Positions 19,167-31,400 of a stretch of 64,000 nucleotides of DNA are shown here, one piece after another (within the stretch, counting starts at the first letter, position 1; every line of letters starts with the position of its first letter). The notes under the pieces were generated by a model, which ran no database searches, had not been told where the DNA came from, and saw only the letters and a list, made by a program, of their open reading frames with translations. The DNA comes from an uncultured Acidobacteriota bacterium (lineage in GTDB: Bacteria > Acidobacteriota > JAQAZP01): positions 1,824,001 to 1,888,000 of the forward strand of contig CAWIIB010000009.1 in the NCBI GenBank assembly GCA_963836075.1, read 5' to 3'. The translations under genes and the position numbers were made by a program.

Positions 19167-22100
19167 ATGGCCGGCATTACCGACCTCTCCATACGCCGCC
19201 CGGTGGCCACGGCGATGGTCTACCTCATCCTAATCGTGGTGGGCGTGGTATCGCTGCGCATCCTGCCGGTGGACCTGCTGCCCAGGATCGAGTTCACCGA
19301 GCTCACCGTCCGGACCCGCTACCCCGACGTCGGCCCCGAGGAGGTCGAGCAGATCATCACCGACCCGATCGAGAACGCGGTCTCCGGCCTGCCGAACCTC
19401 GAGCGGATTACCTCCAATTCCGAGGAGGGCTCGAGCCGCATCCGCCTGCGCTTCGCCCGGGGCACCAGCATCGATGAGGCGGCCAACGACCTTCGCGCGG
19501 CCCTTGACCGGCTGCGCGACGAACTGCCGGTGGAGGCCGAGGCCCCGGAGATCTTCAAACTCGACCTGGACATGATCGAGGTGGTTAGCCTGGCCGTCAC
19601 TTCCAGCCGTGATCTGGAGACGCTGACCCGCCTGCTGGAGGACGACCTGGCCCGGCGCTTCGAGCAGATCCCCGGGGTGGGGGCGATCAACGTCCGCGGC
19701 GGCATCTACCGTGAGATCCGGGTGGACCTGGACCGCGACCGCCTGCTGGCCGCCGGGCTGACCGCCCTCGACGTTCAGCAGGCGCTCTCCCGGGAGAACG
19801 TCACCCTGCCGGCGGGCAATGTGAAGAGCGGAATCAGCGACCTCTATGTCCGCGCCCTCGGCGAATACCAGTCGGTGGACCAGGTGGCCCGGACGGTGGT
19901 GGCCAGCCCGGGCGGCCGGCCGATCCGGGTGCGGGACGTGGCGGCAGTGCGTGACAGCTACGAGGATGTCCGCTACCTGGTGGAGATGAACGGCGTCCCC
20001 TCGATCACGCTCTCGATCCAGAAACAGAGCGGGGCCAACACGGTGGCCGTGGCCGAGGCGGTGCGCCGCGAGATGGAGAGGATCAATACTGAGCGTGACG
20101 ATGTCCACTTCGCGGTGATCAGCGACCAGAGCGAGTTCATCCGGCAGTCGATCGCCAATGTCCGCACTTCGGCGCTGTGGGGCTCGCTGCTCGCCGTGGC
20201 CGTGCTCTACTTCTTCCTGCGCAGCCGCTCCAGCACGGCGATCATCGCCCTCTCCATCCCCATCTCGGTGATCGCCACCTTCGGGCTGCTCTACTTCGGC
20301 GGGCTGACCCTGAACCAGATGACCTTCGGCGGGCTAGCCCTCGGGGTGGGGCTGATCGTGGACAATGCCATCGTGGTGCTGGAAAGCATTGTCCGCAAGC
20401 GGGAGGAACGGGGCGAGGAGCCGGTGGCCGCGGCGCGGGTGGGGGCGCGGGAGGTGGCCGGGGCGATAACCGCTTCGACGCTGACCACCTGCGTGATCTT
20501 CCTCCCGGTGGTTTTTGCCCGGACAACCAGCGGGGCCCTGTTCCAGGCCCTGGCCCTGGTGGTGGTTTTTGCCCTGGCCTGTTCGCTGCTGGTGGCGCTG
20601 ACCCTGGTGCCGGTACTCGCCTCGCGGCTGACCCGGGTGCGCAACGGGACGGCGGTCGGCGGCACGCGGTTCTCCCGCGCCTTCAGCCGCGTGGAGAACC
20701 GCTACACCGGGGCGCTGAACGCCGCCATCGGCCGCCGCTACCGGGTCTTCGGCGCAACCGCCCTGCTGCTTGCCGCGGCGTTGCTCTTCTGGCCCCTGAT
20801 CCCGGTGGAACTGGCGCCGCGAACCGACGCCGACGAGATCGACATCGAACTGGAAATGGCCCGGGGGACCAACATCGCCGTGGCCCGTACCTACCTCGAT
20901 GAGCTGGAAGAGAAGGTGCGCAGTGCAGTGCCTCCGGGCAACGTGCAACTGACGGCCACCGAGGTGCGCGGCGACAGCGCGGCGGTTGAACTGAAGCTCC
21001 GGCCGCTGGACCGGCGCAGCCTCGACAGCACCGAACTGGCCGACCTGGTTCGCGAGGCGGTGGACGGACAGGTGCCGGGGGCGGAGATCGACGTCGAGGC
21101 GCAACAGGGCCTCTGGATGCTCAACCGGGTCTTCAGTTCCGGCGGCAGCCAGAACGCCCTGGAGATCGAACTGCGCGGCTGGGACCTCGGCCGCGCCGAT
21201 GTGGTGGCCGCCGACATCCGCCGCCGTATGGAGCAACTGCCCGGGATTACCGACGTGCGGGTCAGCCGGCGGGAGGGGCAGCCGGAGGAACGGCTGATCC
21301 TCGACCGGGACCGCATGGCCCAGCTGGGCCTGACCGTGCGCGAGGTGGGCCGGACCCTGCTGGCCAACGTGGGCGGTCTCGAGGCCGGACGCTACCGCGA
21401 GGGGGGCGACGAGTTTCCGATCACTGTCCGGCTGCGGCCCGAAGACCGGCTCAACTCCCGGGACCTCGACACCGTGGCCCTGCGCACCCCGGCCGGGGCC
21501 ACGGTTCCCCTGTCTGCCGTGGTCCGGCGGCAGCGGGCCCTGGGACCGGTGGAGATCGATCGGGTGGACGGGCAGCGGGTCACCTACCTCACCGCCAACC
21601 TGGAGAGCGGCGTTGCGCTTGGCGACGCGGTGGAGATGGTCCGCAGCGAGCTTGACGGCATCGGCCTGCCTCCGGGCTTCACCCTGCTCTTCGGCGGCCA
21701 GTACGAAGAACAGTTGGCCGCGCAGCGAGACTTCATCATCGCCATCGTCATGGCCCTGGCCCTGGTCTACATGATCATGGCCGCCCAGTTCGAGCGCTTT
21801 ATCGACCCGCTGATCGTGATGCTCTCGGTCCCGGTGGCCCTGGTGGGCGTTGTGCCGATGCTGCTGCTCACCGGCACCACCCTCAACATCCAGAGCGTGA
21901 TGGGGCTGGTGATGCTGATCGGCATCGTGGTCAACAACGCCATCGTGCTGGTGGACGCGATCAACCTGCTGCGCCGGGACTACGGAATGGAGGTCGCAGA
22001 AGCGGTGGTGGAGGCCGGCCGGCTGCGCCTGCGCCCGATCCTGATGACCACTGCCACCACCGTGCTCGGCCTGGTCCCCCTTGCCCTGGGCTGGGGCACC

Positions 22101-22232
22101 GGTGCCGAGATCCAGGCGGCTCTGGCCCGGGTGGTCATTGGCGGCCTGCTCGCCTCGACCCTGGTCACCCTGGTGCTGATCCCGGTGACCTATGCCACTG
22201 TGGCCAATCTGCGGGCCCGGACCGCAGCCTGA
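19167..22232 (+). CDS. RND efflux permease (AcrB/AcrD/AcrF family)
   Basis: [43 protein letters not shown] 19167. Confidence 0.93.
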   Translation: MAGITDLSIRRPVATAMVYLILIVVGVVSLRILPVDLLPRIEFTELTVRTRYPDVGPEEVEQIITDPIENAVSGLPNLERITSNSEEGSSRIRLRFARGTSIDEAANDLRAALDRLRDELPVEAEAPEIFKLDLDMIEVVSLAVTSSRDLETLTRLLEDDLARRFEQIPGVGAINVRGGIYREIRVDLDRDRLLAAGLTALDVQQALSRENVTLPAGNVKSGISDLYVRALGEYQSVDQVARTVVASPGGRPIRVRDVAAVRDSYEDVRYLVEMNGVPSITLSIQKQSGANTVAVAEAVRREMERINTERDDVHFAVISDQSEFIRQSIANVRTSALWGSLLAVAVLYFFLRSRSSTAIIALSIPISVIATFGLLYFGGLTLNQMTFGGLALGVGLIVDNAIVVLESIVRKREERGEEPVAAARVGAREVAGAITASTLTTCVIFLPVVFARTTSGALFQALALVVVFALACSLLVALTLVPVLASRLTRVRNGTAVGGTRFSRAFSRVENRYTGALNAAIGRRYRVFGATALLLAAALLFWPLIPVELAPRTDADEIDIELEMARGTNIAVARTYLDELEEKVRSAVPPGNVQLTATEVRGDSAAVELKLRPLDRRSLDSTELADLVREAVDGQVPGAEIDVEAQQGLWMLNRVFSSGGSQNALEIELRGWDLGRADVVAADIRRRMEQLPGITDVRVSRREGQPEERLILDRDRMAQLGLTVREVGRTLLANVGGLEAGRYREGGDEFPITVRLRPEDRLNSRDLDTVALRTPAGATVPLSAVVRRQRALGPVEIDRVDGQRVTYLTANLESGVALGDAVEMVRSELDGIGLPPGFTLLFGGQYEEQLAAQRDFIIAIVMALALVYMIMAAQFERFIDPLIVMLSVPVALVGVVPMLLLTGTTLNIQSVMGLVMLIGIVVNNAIVLVDAINLLRRDYGMEVAEAVVEAGRLRLRPILMTTATTVLGLVPLALGWGTGAEIQAALARVVIGGLLASTLVTLVLIPVTYATVANLRARTAA

Positions 22233-22368
22233 TCAGCCCGCCCCCTGGTTCTCGGGCCGCCCAGCAAGATTTTCGTAATCGTGAACACCCTTTTTGTCGA
22301 TAAGTATGGAGATCCCGTGGAAGTGACTTTTGCGGGCGATAATGGTCTGTATCGGCTGGGAGGTGTGT

Positions 22369-22878
22369 GTGGTGAACGGGCGATTGATAACCGGGCTGGT
22401 GGTTTTGCTGATGGCCCTGGGGGTCTGCCTGGCCGTCCTTCCATCCGTTGCCTGTAATTCGAGTTCCACCACCGATCCCGGGGGCGAATCGCGCAGCCAG
22501 GAGTCGGTGCAGACCTTTGGCGCCACTATCACCGGTGACCCGCAGTACGACTCCTTGCCCGCTTCGGTGAAGATCTGCGTCAGCATCCAGAACCTGGTGG
22601 ATTCGCCGCGGACCGTCGATGGCCGGATCGACCTCTGGTTTGGCGGGGGGGAGATGCCGCTCTACGAGTGGCGTTTTCGTGAGGTGGATTTGGCGCCATC
22701 GGGCAGCTGGGATTACTGCTGGAACAACCAGCTTCTCGACCTGCAGAGTCTCGAAGACAAGAACATCGCCCGTCTCCGGGTGGTGGATGTCACCCCGCCT
22801 CCCTACAACCAACCGCCGTACCCACCCTCCGGATATGCTGTTGAAGATGTTTGCATCTTTTGGGGCAGCCAGCCCTGA
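22369..22878 (+). CDS. Hypothetical lipoprotein
   Basis: RBS GGAGG, hydrophobic signal ending SVA-C, C-terminal DVTPPPYNQPPYPPSG motif. Confidence 0.7.
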   Translation: MVNGRLITGLVVLLMALGVCLAVLPSVACNSSSTTDPGGESRSQESVQTFGATITGDPQYDSLPASVKICVSIQNLVDSPRTVDGRIDLWFGGGEMPLYEWRFREVDLAPSGSWDYCWNNQLLDLQSLEDKNIARLRVVDVTPPPYNQPPYPPSGYAVEDVCIFWGSQP

Positions 22879-22961
22879 TGATCGGTCTCCTTGACGCCAT
22901 CCGGTGAAGACCGTATTCTTTACAAACAAGCAGATCCGCACCCATTTCCGGGAGCTCCGAT

Positions 22962-24419
22962 ATGATCTCCGATCTTCAAGCGTTCGCCTCCAGCGGCATT
23001 CTGCTGCTGTTCATTCTGTTCCTCAGCCTCCTCGGCCGCCGCAACCCGATCATCGGCAAGCGGATAAGCATCCTCCTCCTCGCCCTGCTGATCCAGCTGG
23101 TGAGCGACACGGTGACCTACTTTCACCTGCCGCTGCCCGAGTTCGTCAGCCAGGGGCTGATCGCCCTGCTGCTGATGCTGCTGGCCATCTTCCTGGTCAG
23201 TGTGCTCAAGGCGTTTTCGCTCACCTGGCTCTCTGACAAGGGGGTCAAGGTCTCCAAGCTGATCACCGATGTCTCGGTGGGCCTGATCTACGCCATCCTG
23301 GCCCTCGTCCTGCTCAAGGAGCTGTTCGGGATAAACGTCACCCCGCTGCTGGCCACCTCGGCGGTGCTGACCATGGTTCTCGGCCTGGCCCTGCAGGACA
23401 CCCTGGCCAACCTCATCGCCGGGACGGTTTTTCACTTCGAGAACTCGATCCGCATCGGCGACTGGCTGGAGTTTGACGGGGTGACCGGTGAGGTGCGTGA
23501 GCTCTCCTGGAGGGCAGTGCGGTTGGTCACCACCCGCAAGGACGACATCCTGATCCCCAACACCATCCTGACCAAGCAGAAGTTCAGCAACCTGACCAAG
23601 TTGGGCCGGGCCCGGGAGAAGGATATCGGCACCAGCTACCGCGACGACCCGGACCTGGTGCTGCGGGTGCTGCGCAAGGCGGTGCTCTCCACCCCGGGGG
23701 TGCGCTGGGAGCCGGAGCCGCAGATCTGGATCACCGGTTTCGACGACTTCTCGATCAACTACCGCGTCCGCTTCTACATCAAGCAATACCGCGGATACCA
23801 GAAACTGGAAGGCGCAGTGATGCGCAACATCTGGTACCTGTTCAAGGCCCACGGCATCACCATTCCCTTCCCCATCCGCACCCTGCAGATCGAGCGCCGC
23901 CGCACGCCGGTCCCGGCCGCCCATGGCCCGGAGGAAATCCGCCAGGCGTTGCGCGGTGTCGATATTTTTACGACCTTCAGCGAGAGCGAAATTGCCGAAA
24001 TCGCGGAGTACAGCGAACTGCTGGACTATCCGCGGGGAACGGTGCTCACCGAGGAGGGCGAGTCGGGGGAGAGCATGTTCGCCTTACTCGCCGGGCGGGT
24101 GGAGGTGCTCAAGACCGGCAAACGGATCACCACCCTGGCTGCGGGGGACATCTTCGGCGAGATCTCGCTCTTCTCCGGCGGCGAGCGGACCGCTTCGGTG
24201 CGGGCGCTCACCGGCCTGGAAGTGCTGGTGATCCCCAAGGACGGTTTCGAGACGATCCTGAAAAAGAACAAGGAGTTCATCTCCAAGATAGAATCCATCG
24301 TCGAGGAGCGGCTGGAGACCTATCCCGAATTCTCCGACCTGGAGAAGACCGCCAAGCCGAAGGTCAGCCTGATCAAACAGATTCGAAGTTATCTACTGGG
24401 CGGCGGACAGAAGTCCTGA
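22962..24419 (+). CDS. MscS-family channel with C-terminal cyclic-nucleotide-binding domain
   Basis: GLALQDTLANLIAG..IRIGDWLE; cNMP motif GDIFGEISLFSGGERTASVRA. Confidence 0.88.
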   Translation: MISDLQAFASSGILLLFILFLSLLGRRNPIIGKRISILLLALLIQLVSDTVTYFHLPLPEFVSQGLIALLLMLLAIFLVSVLKAFSLTWLSDKGVKVSKLITDVSVGLIYAILALVLLKELFGINVTPLLATSAVLTMVLGLALQDTLANLIAGTVFHFENSIRIGDWLEFDGVTGEVRELSWRAVRLVTTRKDDILIPNTILTKQKFSNLTKLGRAREKDIGTSYRDDPDLVLRVLRKAVLSTPGVRWEPEPQIWITGFDDFSINYRVRFYIKQYRGYQKLEGAVMRNIWYLFKAHGITIPFPIRTLQIERRRTPVPAAHGPEEIRQALRGVDIFTTFSESEIAEIAEYSELLDYPRGTVLTEEGESGESMFALLAGRVEVLKTGKRITTLAAGDIFGEISLFSGGERTASVRALTGLEVLVIPKDGFETILKKNKEFISKIESIVEERLETYPEFSDLEKTAKPKVSLIKQIRSYLLGGGQKS

Positions 24420-24465
24420 GCCTGTTTGCACAATTCATGGACAATGACATCCCGGCGGAGGCCGC

Positions 24466-24732
24466 ATGAAACAACAGTACGCAGCACCACGGATCCGCAG
24501 CGAGAAATGCTTTGAAACCAGTGCTCTCGGTTGTGCCAAGCAGTCCAGTATGAACCCCGGGTCGTGGCATTTCGCCAACCCGTACGACACCTTCACCGGC
24601 CACCTTGGTTCGGGGCTCGGCGCCAGCGAATCGGTCACCGGGTCGGCGGGGGTGGGGTTCGGACCTGGCGGCACGTCGGCTTCCTATAACTATCCCGGTT
24701 TATGTGAGAACTGGGTCACCATGGTTTCCTGA
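24466..24732 (+). CDS. Putative RiPP-like precursor peptide, copy 1 (88 aa)
   Basis: RBS GGAGG. MKQQYAAPRIRSEKCFETSALGCAK-QSSMNPGSWHFANPYDTFTGHLGSGLGASESVTGSAGVGFGPGGTSASYNYPGLCENWVTMVS. Two paralogs follow. Confidence 0.75.
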   Translation: MKQQYAAPRIRSEKCFETSALGCAKQSSMNPGSWHFANPYDTFTGHLGSGLGASESVTGSAGVGFGPGGTSASYNYPGLCENWVTMVS

Positions 24733-24786
24733 GGACGGTGGACAATGACGGCTGCCTGGCAAGGCCGGCATCATGAAAGGTTGGCC

Positions 24787-25054
24787 ATGAAAAAAGAGTA
24801 CAGGCTCGCCACGGATCTGCAGTGAAAAGAGTTTCGAAACCAGCGCTCTGTCCTGCGCGAAAACGAACGACCCGCCCATGGGGTCATGGCACTTCGGCAG
24901 TGCGTACGACACCTTTACCGGTCACCTCTCATGGGGGTTTGGCGGCAGTGAGTCGGTTTCCGGGCCCATCGGGGTGGGATACGGCCCTGGCGGTACCACC
25001 GCGTCCTACGGTTACAGCGGGCTGTGCAGCAACTGGGTCACCTTTCACTCCTGA
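24787..25054 (+). CDS. Putative RiPP-like precursor, copy 2 (88 aa after removing an extra A at 24802)
   Basis: Corrected translation: MKKEYGSPRICSEKSFETSALSCAKTNDPPMGSWHFGSAYDTFTGHLSWGFGGSESVSGPIGVGYGPGGTTASYGYSGLCSNWVTFHS. Absent from the ORF track. Confidence 0.72.
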
Positions 25055-25108
25055 GGACGGTGGACAACGCCGGCCGCCTGGGTCGGTCGGCATACTGAAA
25101 GGCCGGCC

Positions 25109-25385
25109 ATGAAAAAAGAGTACGGCTCACCACGAATCTGCAGCGAGAAGAGTTTCGAGACTAGCGCGCTGTACCTGCGCCAAGACTCCCGGTGACCCGC
25201 CACCGGGGGCCTGGCATTTCAGCAGCGCTTATGACACCTTCACCGGCCACTTCGGGCCCTCCATGGGCCCTCGAGAATCGGAAACCGGGGCCACCGGTAT
25301 CGGATGGGGTCCGGGGGGCACGACCATGTCCGGTTCTTACGCGGCGTACTTACAATGTACGCACTGGGTTACATATTCCTCCTGA
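25109..25385 (+). CDS. Putative RiPP-like precursor, copy 3 (91 aa after removing an extra base near 25173)
   Basis: Corrected translation: MKKEYGSPRICSEKSFETSALSCAKTPGDPPPGAWHFSSAYDTFTGHFGPSMGPRESETGATGIGWGPGGTTMSGSYAAYLQCTHWVTYSS. Confidence 0.72.
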
Positions 25386-25419
25386 TGCCGCGAACTGATC
25401 CTGCAAAACCCCGCCGCAC

Positions 25420-25455
25420 AAAAAACGGGGCCGGACGTTTTCACGCCCGGCCCCG
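25420..25455 (-). terminator. Intrinsic terminator between convergent genes
   Basis: AAAAAA-CGGGGCCGGACGT-TTTC-ACGCCCGGCCCCG; the U-tract is on the minus strand. Confidence 0.7.
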
Positions 25456-25486
25456 CGGTTAGTTCCTCCTTCTATCCCCCAGCAGG

Positions 25487-28400
25487 TCAGTTGACCGTCA
25501 CCGACGTCTGGAAGACCACGTATCCCACCTGCTCGGTGGTGTGCCTCCGCTCATTGTCGTTCACCTGGTCCTCGTCGACCCAGAGGTCCATGCCCGAGGC
25601 GCTGACGCCGCCGACGGTGTTGGCCCAGCCGCCGTTTCCGCCGTCCATGGCCGCCATGGTGATCACGGCCACCGCCGGCACGCCGCCGAAGGCGGTGTCG
25701 AAGGTGTAGGCGTAGGGCCCGCCGTTGTCCGGGCCGCGCACGGAGTCCGCACCAACCTTGGCCTCGAAAGCCGAACCGCCGATGGTGCCGTGACCGGCCT
25801 CGAAGACGATGAAGCCCACCGTCTCGTTGGCCCGGGTGGTGTCCGGGTCTTCAGCGACCTCCTTGCCGGTAATCAGGGCGGTGGCTGTGGGGATGTTGGA
25901 GCGGGCGCTGCCGGCGCACCAGAAGGCTGACCAGTCGGGGTCGTTCTCGGTCATCACCTGACCGAGGACCACCGGGTTGGTGTAGCTCTGGCCGTAGGTC
26001 TGGCTCTCGCCGTTCCAGCTGTTGTTCTCGTCGGTCACCGTGGAGAGGTAGGTCTGGGCCTCGCAGTTGACGCCGTCGATGGTCCAGGTGCCCTCCTCCA
26101 TCACGATGTAGCTCACCGTTTCGGCGGCCACCCCGCTGTCCGAGGGGTTCTGCAGCCGCACGTCGAAGCTGTTGGCCGTGACGTTGCTCACCCGGGTGAC
26201 GATGGGAATGCTGTTGTTGTTGTAGTCGGCGGAGCAGACGACAACCGCACTGGTGTAGGTGTTGTTGAGGTTCACCGTGACGGGGGTTCCGCCCACGGTC
26301 ACCGTGCCGGTTTCCATCCGTGCCTGCGGGCCGGTCTCGCACTCGTCGGGGATGCCGTTGAGGTCGGTGTCCTCGCTGGTGCCGTCGGCGATGTCGCAGG
26401 AATCGGGGGTGCCGTTGCTGTTGCAGTCCGGTTCACCGGCGCAGGCATCACCGATGCCGTCGTTGTCGCAGTCCTCCTGTCCTGGGTTGTAGGTTGCGGG
26501 ACAGTTGTCCACACAGTCGGCCCAGCCGTCGCCGTCACCGTCCGTGTCGGGCACTCCGCAGCCGCAGATGCCGGGGTCAAACTTGTTGGGATCGCTGGGG
26601 CAGCCGTCGATGCAGTCGGCCACGCCGTCACCGTCACTGTCGGTATCCGGGGTGCCGCAGCCGCAGTCGCCGGGAGCGATCTTGTTGGGATCGCTGGGGC
26701 AGCCGTCCATGCAGTCGGCCGTTCCGTCACCGTCACTATCGGTATCCGGGGTGCCGCAGCCGCAGTCGCCGGGGGCCAGTTTGTCGGGATCGGCCGGGCA
26801 GCCGTCGCAGGGGTCGATCACCCCGTCACCGTCGCTGTCGGCCTGGCACTCGTCGGGCACGCCGTTGCCGTCGCAGTCCTGGCTGGTGCCGCCGGAGATA
26901 TCCTCGCTGTCGGGGACGCCGTTGTTGTTGCAGTCGATCATGCCGGCGGGGTAGACCATCGCCGTCTCGAACACCGCGTAGGCCACCTGTTCGGTGATGT
27001 GCCCGCGTTCGGTGTCCATGATCTGGTCTTCGTCGATGGAGAGGTAGAGGTTGGTGGCCGACGCCGGCGTGCCGTGGGTCTGGGCCCAGCCGCCGTTGCT
27101 GCCGTCCATGCCGGCCTGGGTGACCACGTTGACCGCCGGGGCGGAGGCGAAGGCAGTGTTGAAGGTGTAGGTGTAGGGCGGACTGTTGGTCACACCCTCG
27201 ATCAGATCGGAGCCCATCACCGCTTCGAAGTCCACGCCGCCGATGGTGCCGTGGCCGGCCTCGAAGACGATGAAGCCGATGGTTTCGTCGGCGCGGGTGA
27301 TGTCGGTGTCCTCGCAGACGGTCTTGCCGGTTTTGAGGACCGAGGCGCTCGGCGCGCTGGAACGGCTGGAACCGTAGCTCCAGAAGACCGACCAGTCAGA
27401 ATCGTTCTCGCTCATCACCTGGCCCAGCACCACCGGGGTGGTGTAGCCCTGGCCGTAGGCCTGGGTCTCGCCGACCCAACTGCCGTTTTCATCGGTCACC
27501 GTGGAGAGGTAGGTCTGGGCTTCGCAGTTGACGCCGTCGATGGTCCAGACGCCTTCCTCCATCACCAGGTAGCTCACCTCTTCGGCCGACACGGCGCTGC
27601 CCGAGGGGTTCTGCAGCCGGACGTCGAAGCTGTTGGTGGTGACGTTACTCACCCGGGCCACCACCGGGATGGCGTTGGCGCTGTAGTTCACCGCACAGAC
27701 CACCACCGGGCTGACGTAGGTGTTGACCAGGGCCACCGAAGTGGCACTGCCGCCGGCGGTCACCGTGCCGGACTCCATTTTCGCTTCAGGCCCGACCTCG
27801 CACTCGTCGGGGATGCCGTTACTGTTGGTGTCCTGGCTGGTGCCGTCCGTGATGTCGCAGGAATCGGGGATACCGTTCAGGTTGCAGTCCGGTTCGCCGG
27901 CGCAGGCATCGCCAATGCCGTCGTTGTCACAGTCCTCCTGGCCGGGGTTGTAGGTGCCGGGGCAGTTGTCATCGCAGTCGATCCAGCCGTCACCGTCACT
28001 GTCGCCATCGGGCACACCGCAGCCGCAGATGCCGGGGTCGGTCTTGTTGGGATCGTCGGGGCAGCCGTCGTTGCAGTCCAGGGTGCCGTCACCGTCACTG
28101 TCCACGTCGGGCACTCCGCAGCCGCATTCGCCGGGAGCGATCTTGTTCGGGTCACTGGGGCAGCCGTCGATGCAGTCGGCCACGCCGTCACCGTCACTGT
28201 CCACGTCCAGCACTCCGCAGCCGCAGTCGCCGGGAGCGATCTTGTTCGGGTCGTTGGGGCAGCCATCGGCGCAGTCGGCCACGCCGTCGCCGTCGCTGTC
28301 CACGTCGGGCACGCCGCAGCCGCAGTCGCCGGGCGCGATCTTGTTCGGATCGTTGGGGCAGCCGTCGTTGCAGTCGGGCACGCCGTCACCGTCGCTGTCG

Positions 28401-31400
28401 GTGTCCGGAGTGCCGCAGCCGCAGTTGCCGGGGACGGTCTTGTCCGGGTCGGCCGGGCAGCCGTCACAGGGATCGATCAGGCCGTCGCCGTCCGAGTCGG
28501 TCTGGCACTCGTCAGGCACGCCGTTGCCGTCACAGTCCTGGGATGTCCCTTCAGAGATATCCTGTGCATCGGGCACGCCGTTGTTGTTGCAGTCCACCGA
28601 TTCGCACTCGTCGGGGATGCCGTTGCCGTTGCCGTCCAGGCTGGTGCCGTCGGCGATGTCACACTCGTCGGGCACGCCGTTGGAGTTGCAGTCCTCGCTG
28701 GTGCCGTCGGTGATGTCGCACTCGTCGGGCACGCCGTTGTCGTTGCAGTCGCCCGGGCCGCCGCCTGCGGAGGTCCCGGTGACCTCCACGTCGTCGATGT
28801 TCCAGCCGCAATACTGCCAGGAGCTGTCAGTGGTGCCCTGGGTCCAGCGGATGTAGACCGTTCCCTCATAGTCGGCCACCGCCGAGATGTCGTAACTCTG
28901 CAGGGTCCAGGAAGCGTCCTCGGTGGCCGAGTCGGGGTTCTGCCAGATGGTGGTCCAGCTCGATCCGTCGTTGCTCACCCGGATGTAGGCGTGGTCGTAG
29001 GTGCTGCGCTCCACTCCCAGCCAGCGGCGGAAGGAGAGGGAGACATCGTAGATGTTGGAGCAGTCGATGGCCGTGGTGGTCAGGTGCCTCTCGGGCAGGC
29101 TGTTCTCGTAGTCGCCGGAGAGGTTGTAGCCGTAGACATTGCTGCCGGTGTAGGCCGAGGAGGGGTCGGGGCCGCCGTACTGGCCGCCGCCGCCCGTCGG
29201 GGTGCCGAAGCCCCAGAGCCCTTCGATACTCCAGCCGGGGTTGGTGTCGAGCGTGAAGCTGATCGTTGACGCACCCGAGCCGACCTCGCAGTCGTCGGGG
29301 ATGCCGTTGGCGTTGCAGTCTTCACTGGTGCCCAGGGCGATGTCACAGAGGTCGGACTGGCCGTTGTTGTTGCAGTCGTCGCCGCCGCCGGGCTCGCAGT
29401 CGTCGGGGATGCCGTTGCTGTTGCAGTCGGTGCTGGTGCCGTAGCTGATGTCGCACTCGTCGGGCACGCCGTTGCCGTTGCAGTCGAGGCTGGTGCCGCC
29501 GGAGATGTCCTGGTCATCGGGCACACCGTTGTTGTTGCAGTCGGCCGGGCCGGCCACGCCCAGGGTGGGTGAACCGCAGATGGAGAAGGATTGCGGGCCG
29601 TCGGGCACGCTGTAGCCCTGCACGGTCACGGTCCAGGTGCCGGCTTCGGGATTGTCCACCAGCACCTGCTCGATGTTGTTGGTGTGGTCCGCCTGGTTGC
29701 GCACCGCCGAGCTGGAGGGGCTGGTGGGGTTCAGCGTCCAGGGGTAGGCCCGCACGCTGGAGGGGCTCATCACCACCAGGTCGAGATCGTTGACCAGATT
29801 GGGGTTGACGTTGGGCGTTCCGGCCACATCGTCCCAGGCCATGGTGATCTTCAGTTCCGAGGTGCCGCCGGGGACCACCACCTGGTAGGTCACCGTGCCG
29901 CCCTGGCTCACCGAGTTCTCCTCGAACTCGCCGCCGCGCATGAAGTCGATGGTGTCGACAATGCGGATCGAGCCGAAGCCGTACTGGTAGTCCGGGCCGG
30001 TATTGCCCAGGTCAACCGCGTTGTGGGCCAGCAGGATCTTCAGTGTCGAGTTGCGCGGGTCGTTCTGGGCCGGATACTGGGCCCGGAAGTCTTCCAGCAG
30101 CAGGGCCAGGCAGCCGGTGACCGTGGGCGAGGCCATGGAGGTGCCGCACATGGTGGTGTAACCGCCGCTGGAGGAGCAGGAGGTGACGCCGCCGTCGCCG
30201 CCGCTCTGACAGCCCGGGCCGGAGATGTCCGGCTTCATCCGGCCGTCATCGGTGGGGCCCCAGCTGCTGAAATAGGTCATGGAGTCGTTGTCGGAGTTCA
30301 GCGCGCCAACGGCGATCTGGTTTTTCGCTCCGGCCGGGGGCGGGACGCTGTAGTAGTCGCCGTAGCCCTCCACGTCGCAGCGGCTGCCGCCGCGCTCGTT
30401 GCCGTTGGCCCAGACGATGCGGAACGGCGCACCGAGGCTGCCGCCCACGATCTCGTCGATCAGCGCCGCGGTGGCGCCGTAGTCGCCCTGGTAGGCGCAG
30501 TTGAAGCCGTTGGACTCGATGTTCGAGCCGATGGAGTTGTTGGAGATGTCGACGCCGTAGGTGTTGATCGCCTGGTTGTAGTCCGATTCCAGGTCGCCGG
30601 GGTTGGTGTAGAGGAAGGTCCCCGAGCCGTCATACTGGAAGCCGTAGGACTGGATGGTCACCCCCGGCGCCATCCCTTCATAATTGCTGTTGCCCGAACC
30701 GTCGCCGCCAATGGTGCCGGAGACGTGAGTGGCGTGGTCGCCCAGACCCGAGCTGTCGCGCACGGTGAGACGTCCGCTGAAATCGCTGTGGGATGCCAGG
30801 GCATACGCGGCATCGTACACCAGCACGTTTATGCCGCTGCCGTCCAGGTTGTAGGGCGCGGTCTGGGCCGAATCGGCCTGGGTGACCACGCTGTTGCTGT
30901 CATTGGTCTCGGTCATGAAGGGCAGCGGCGGTTCGACCCACATCACCGCGTCTTCGGCGGCCAGGTCGAGCAGTGCCTTGAGCGGCATCTCCACCACCAG
31001 CATGTTGATCGAGACGATCTCGGAAACCACCGTGGCCTTGTGCGCCCGGGCCAGGGCCCAGCCCTTGTCCAGGGGGATGTCCCGGTGGAACATCACATAG
31101 GCCGCCACCAGCGCTTCCTTGGTGTCCGCGTCCACGGCGATGGCATAGTCAGGATACTCGTTGGCCAGGATTGAGGGGGCGAGCTTCCACTCCAGCTCGA
31201 TGGGCATGGCGGATATGAGGGTGGGCGCCGCCCGCAGGTCGGTGGTCTCCAGACCGCCGGTCTTCAGCGTGGCAAAGAAGGCGTTGCTGCCCAGGTAGCT
31301 GTGCAGGCCCACGCCAAGGGTTTCCAGCGCGGCCTTTTCCTCGAGGGTCACCGGCTTGCTGAACTGCACCACGATGTGTTGCCCGGAGCCTGACTTTGAC

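Noticed and set aside
24440-25390. About 320-bp repeats as a CRISPR or ncRNA array
   Set aside because: The units are long, vary with codon periodicity and translate into paralogous peptides; there is no repeat-spacer pattern and no cas gene.
26340-29545. Regular repeats as a CRISPR array or satellite
   Set aside because: They are in-frame protein repeats of the S8 peptidase.
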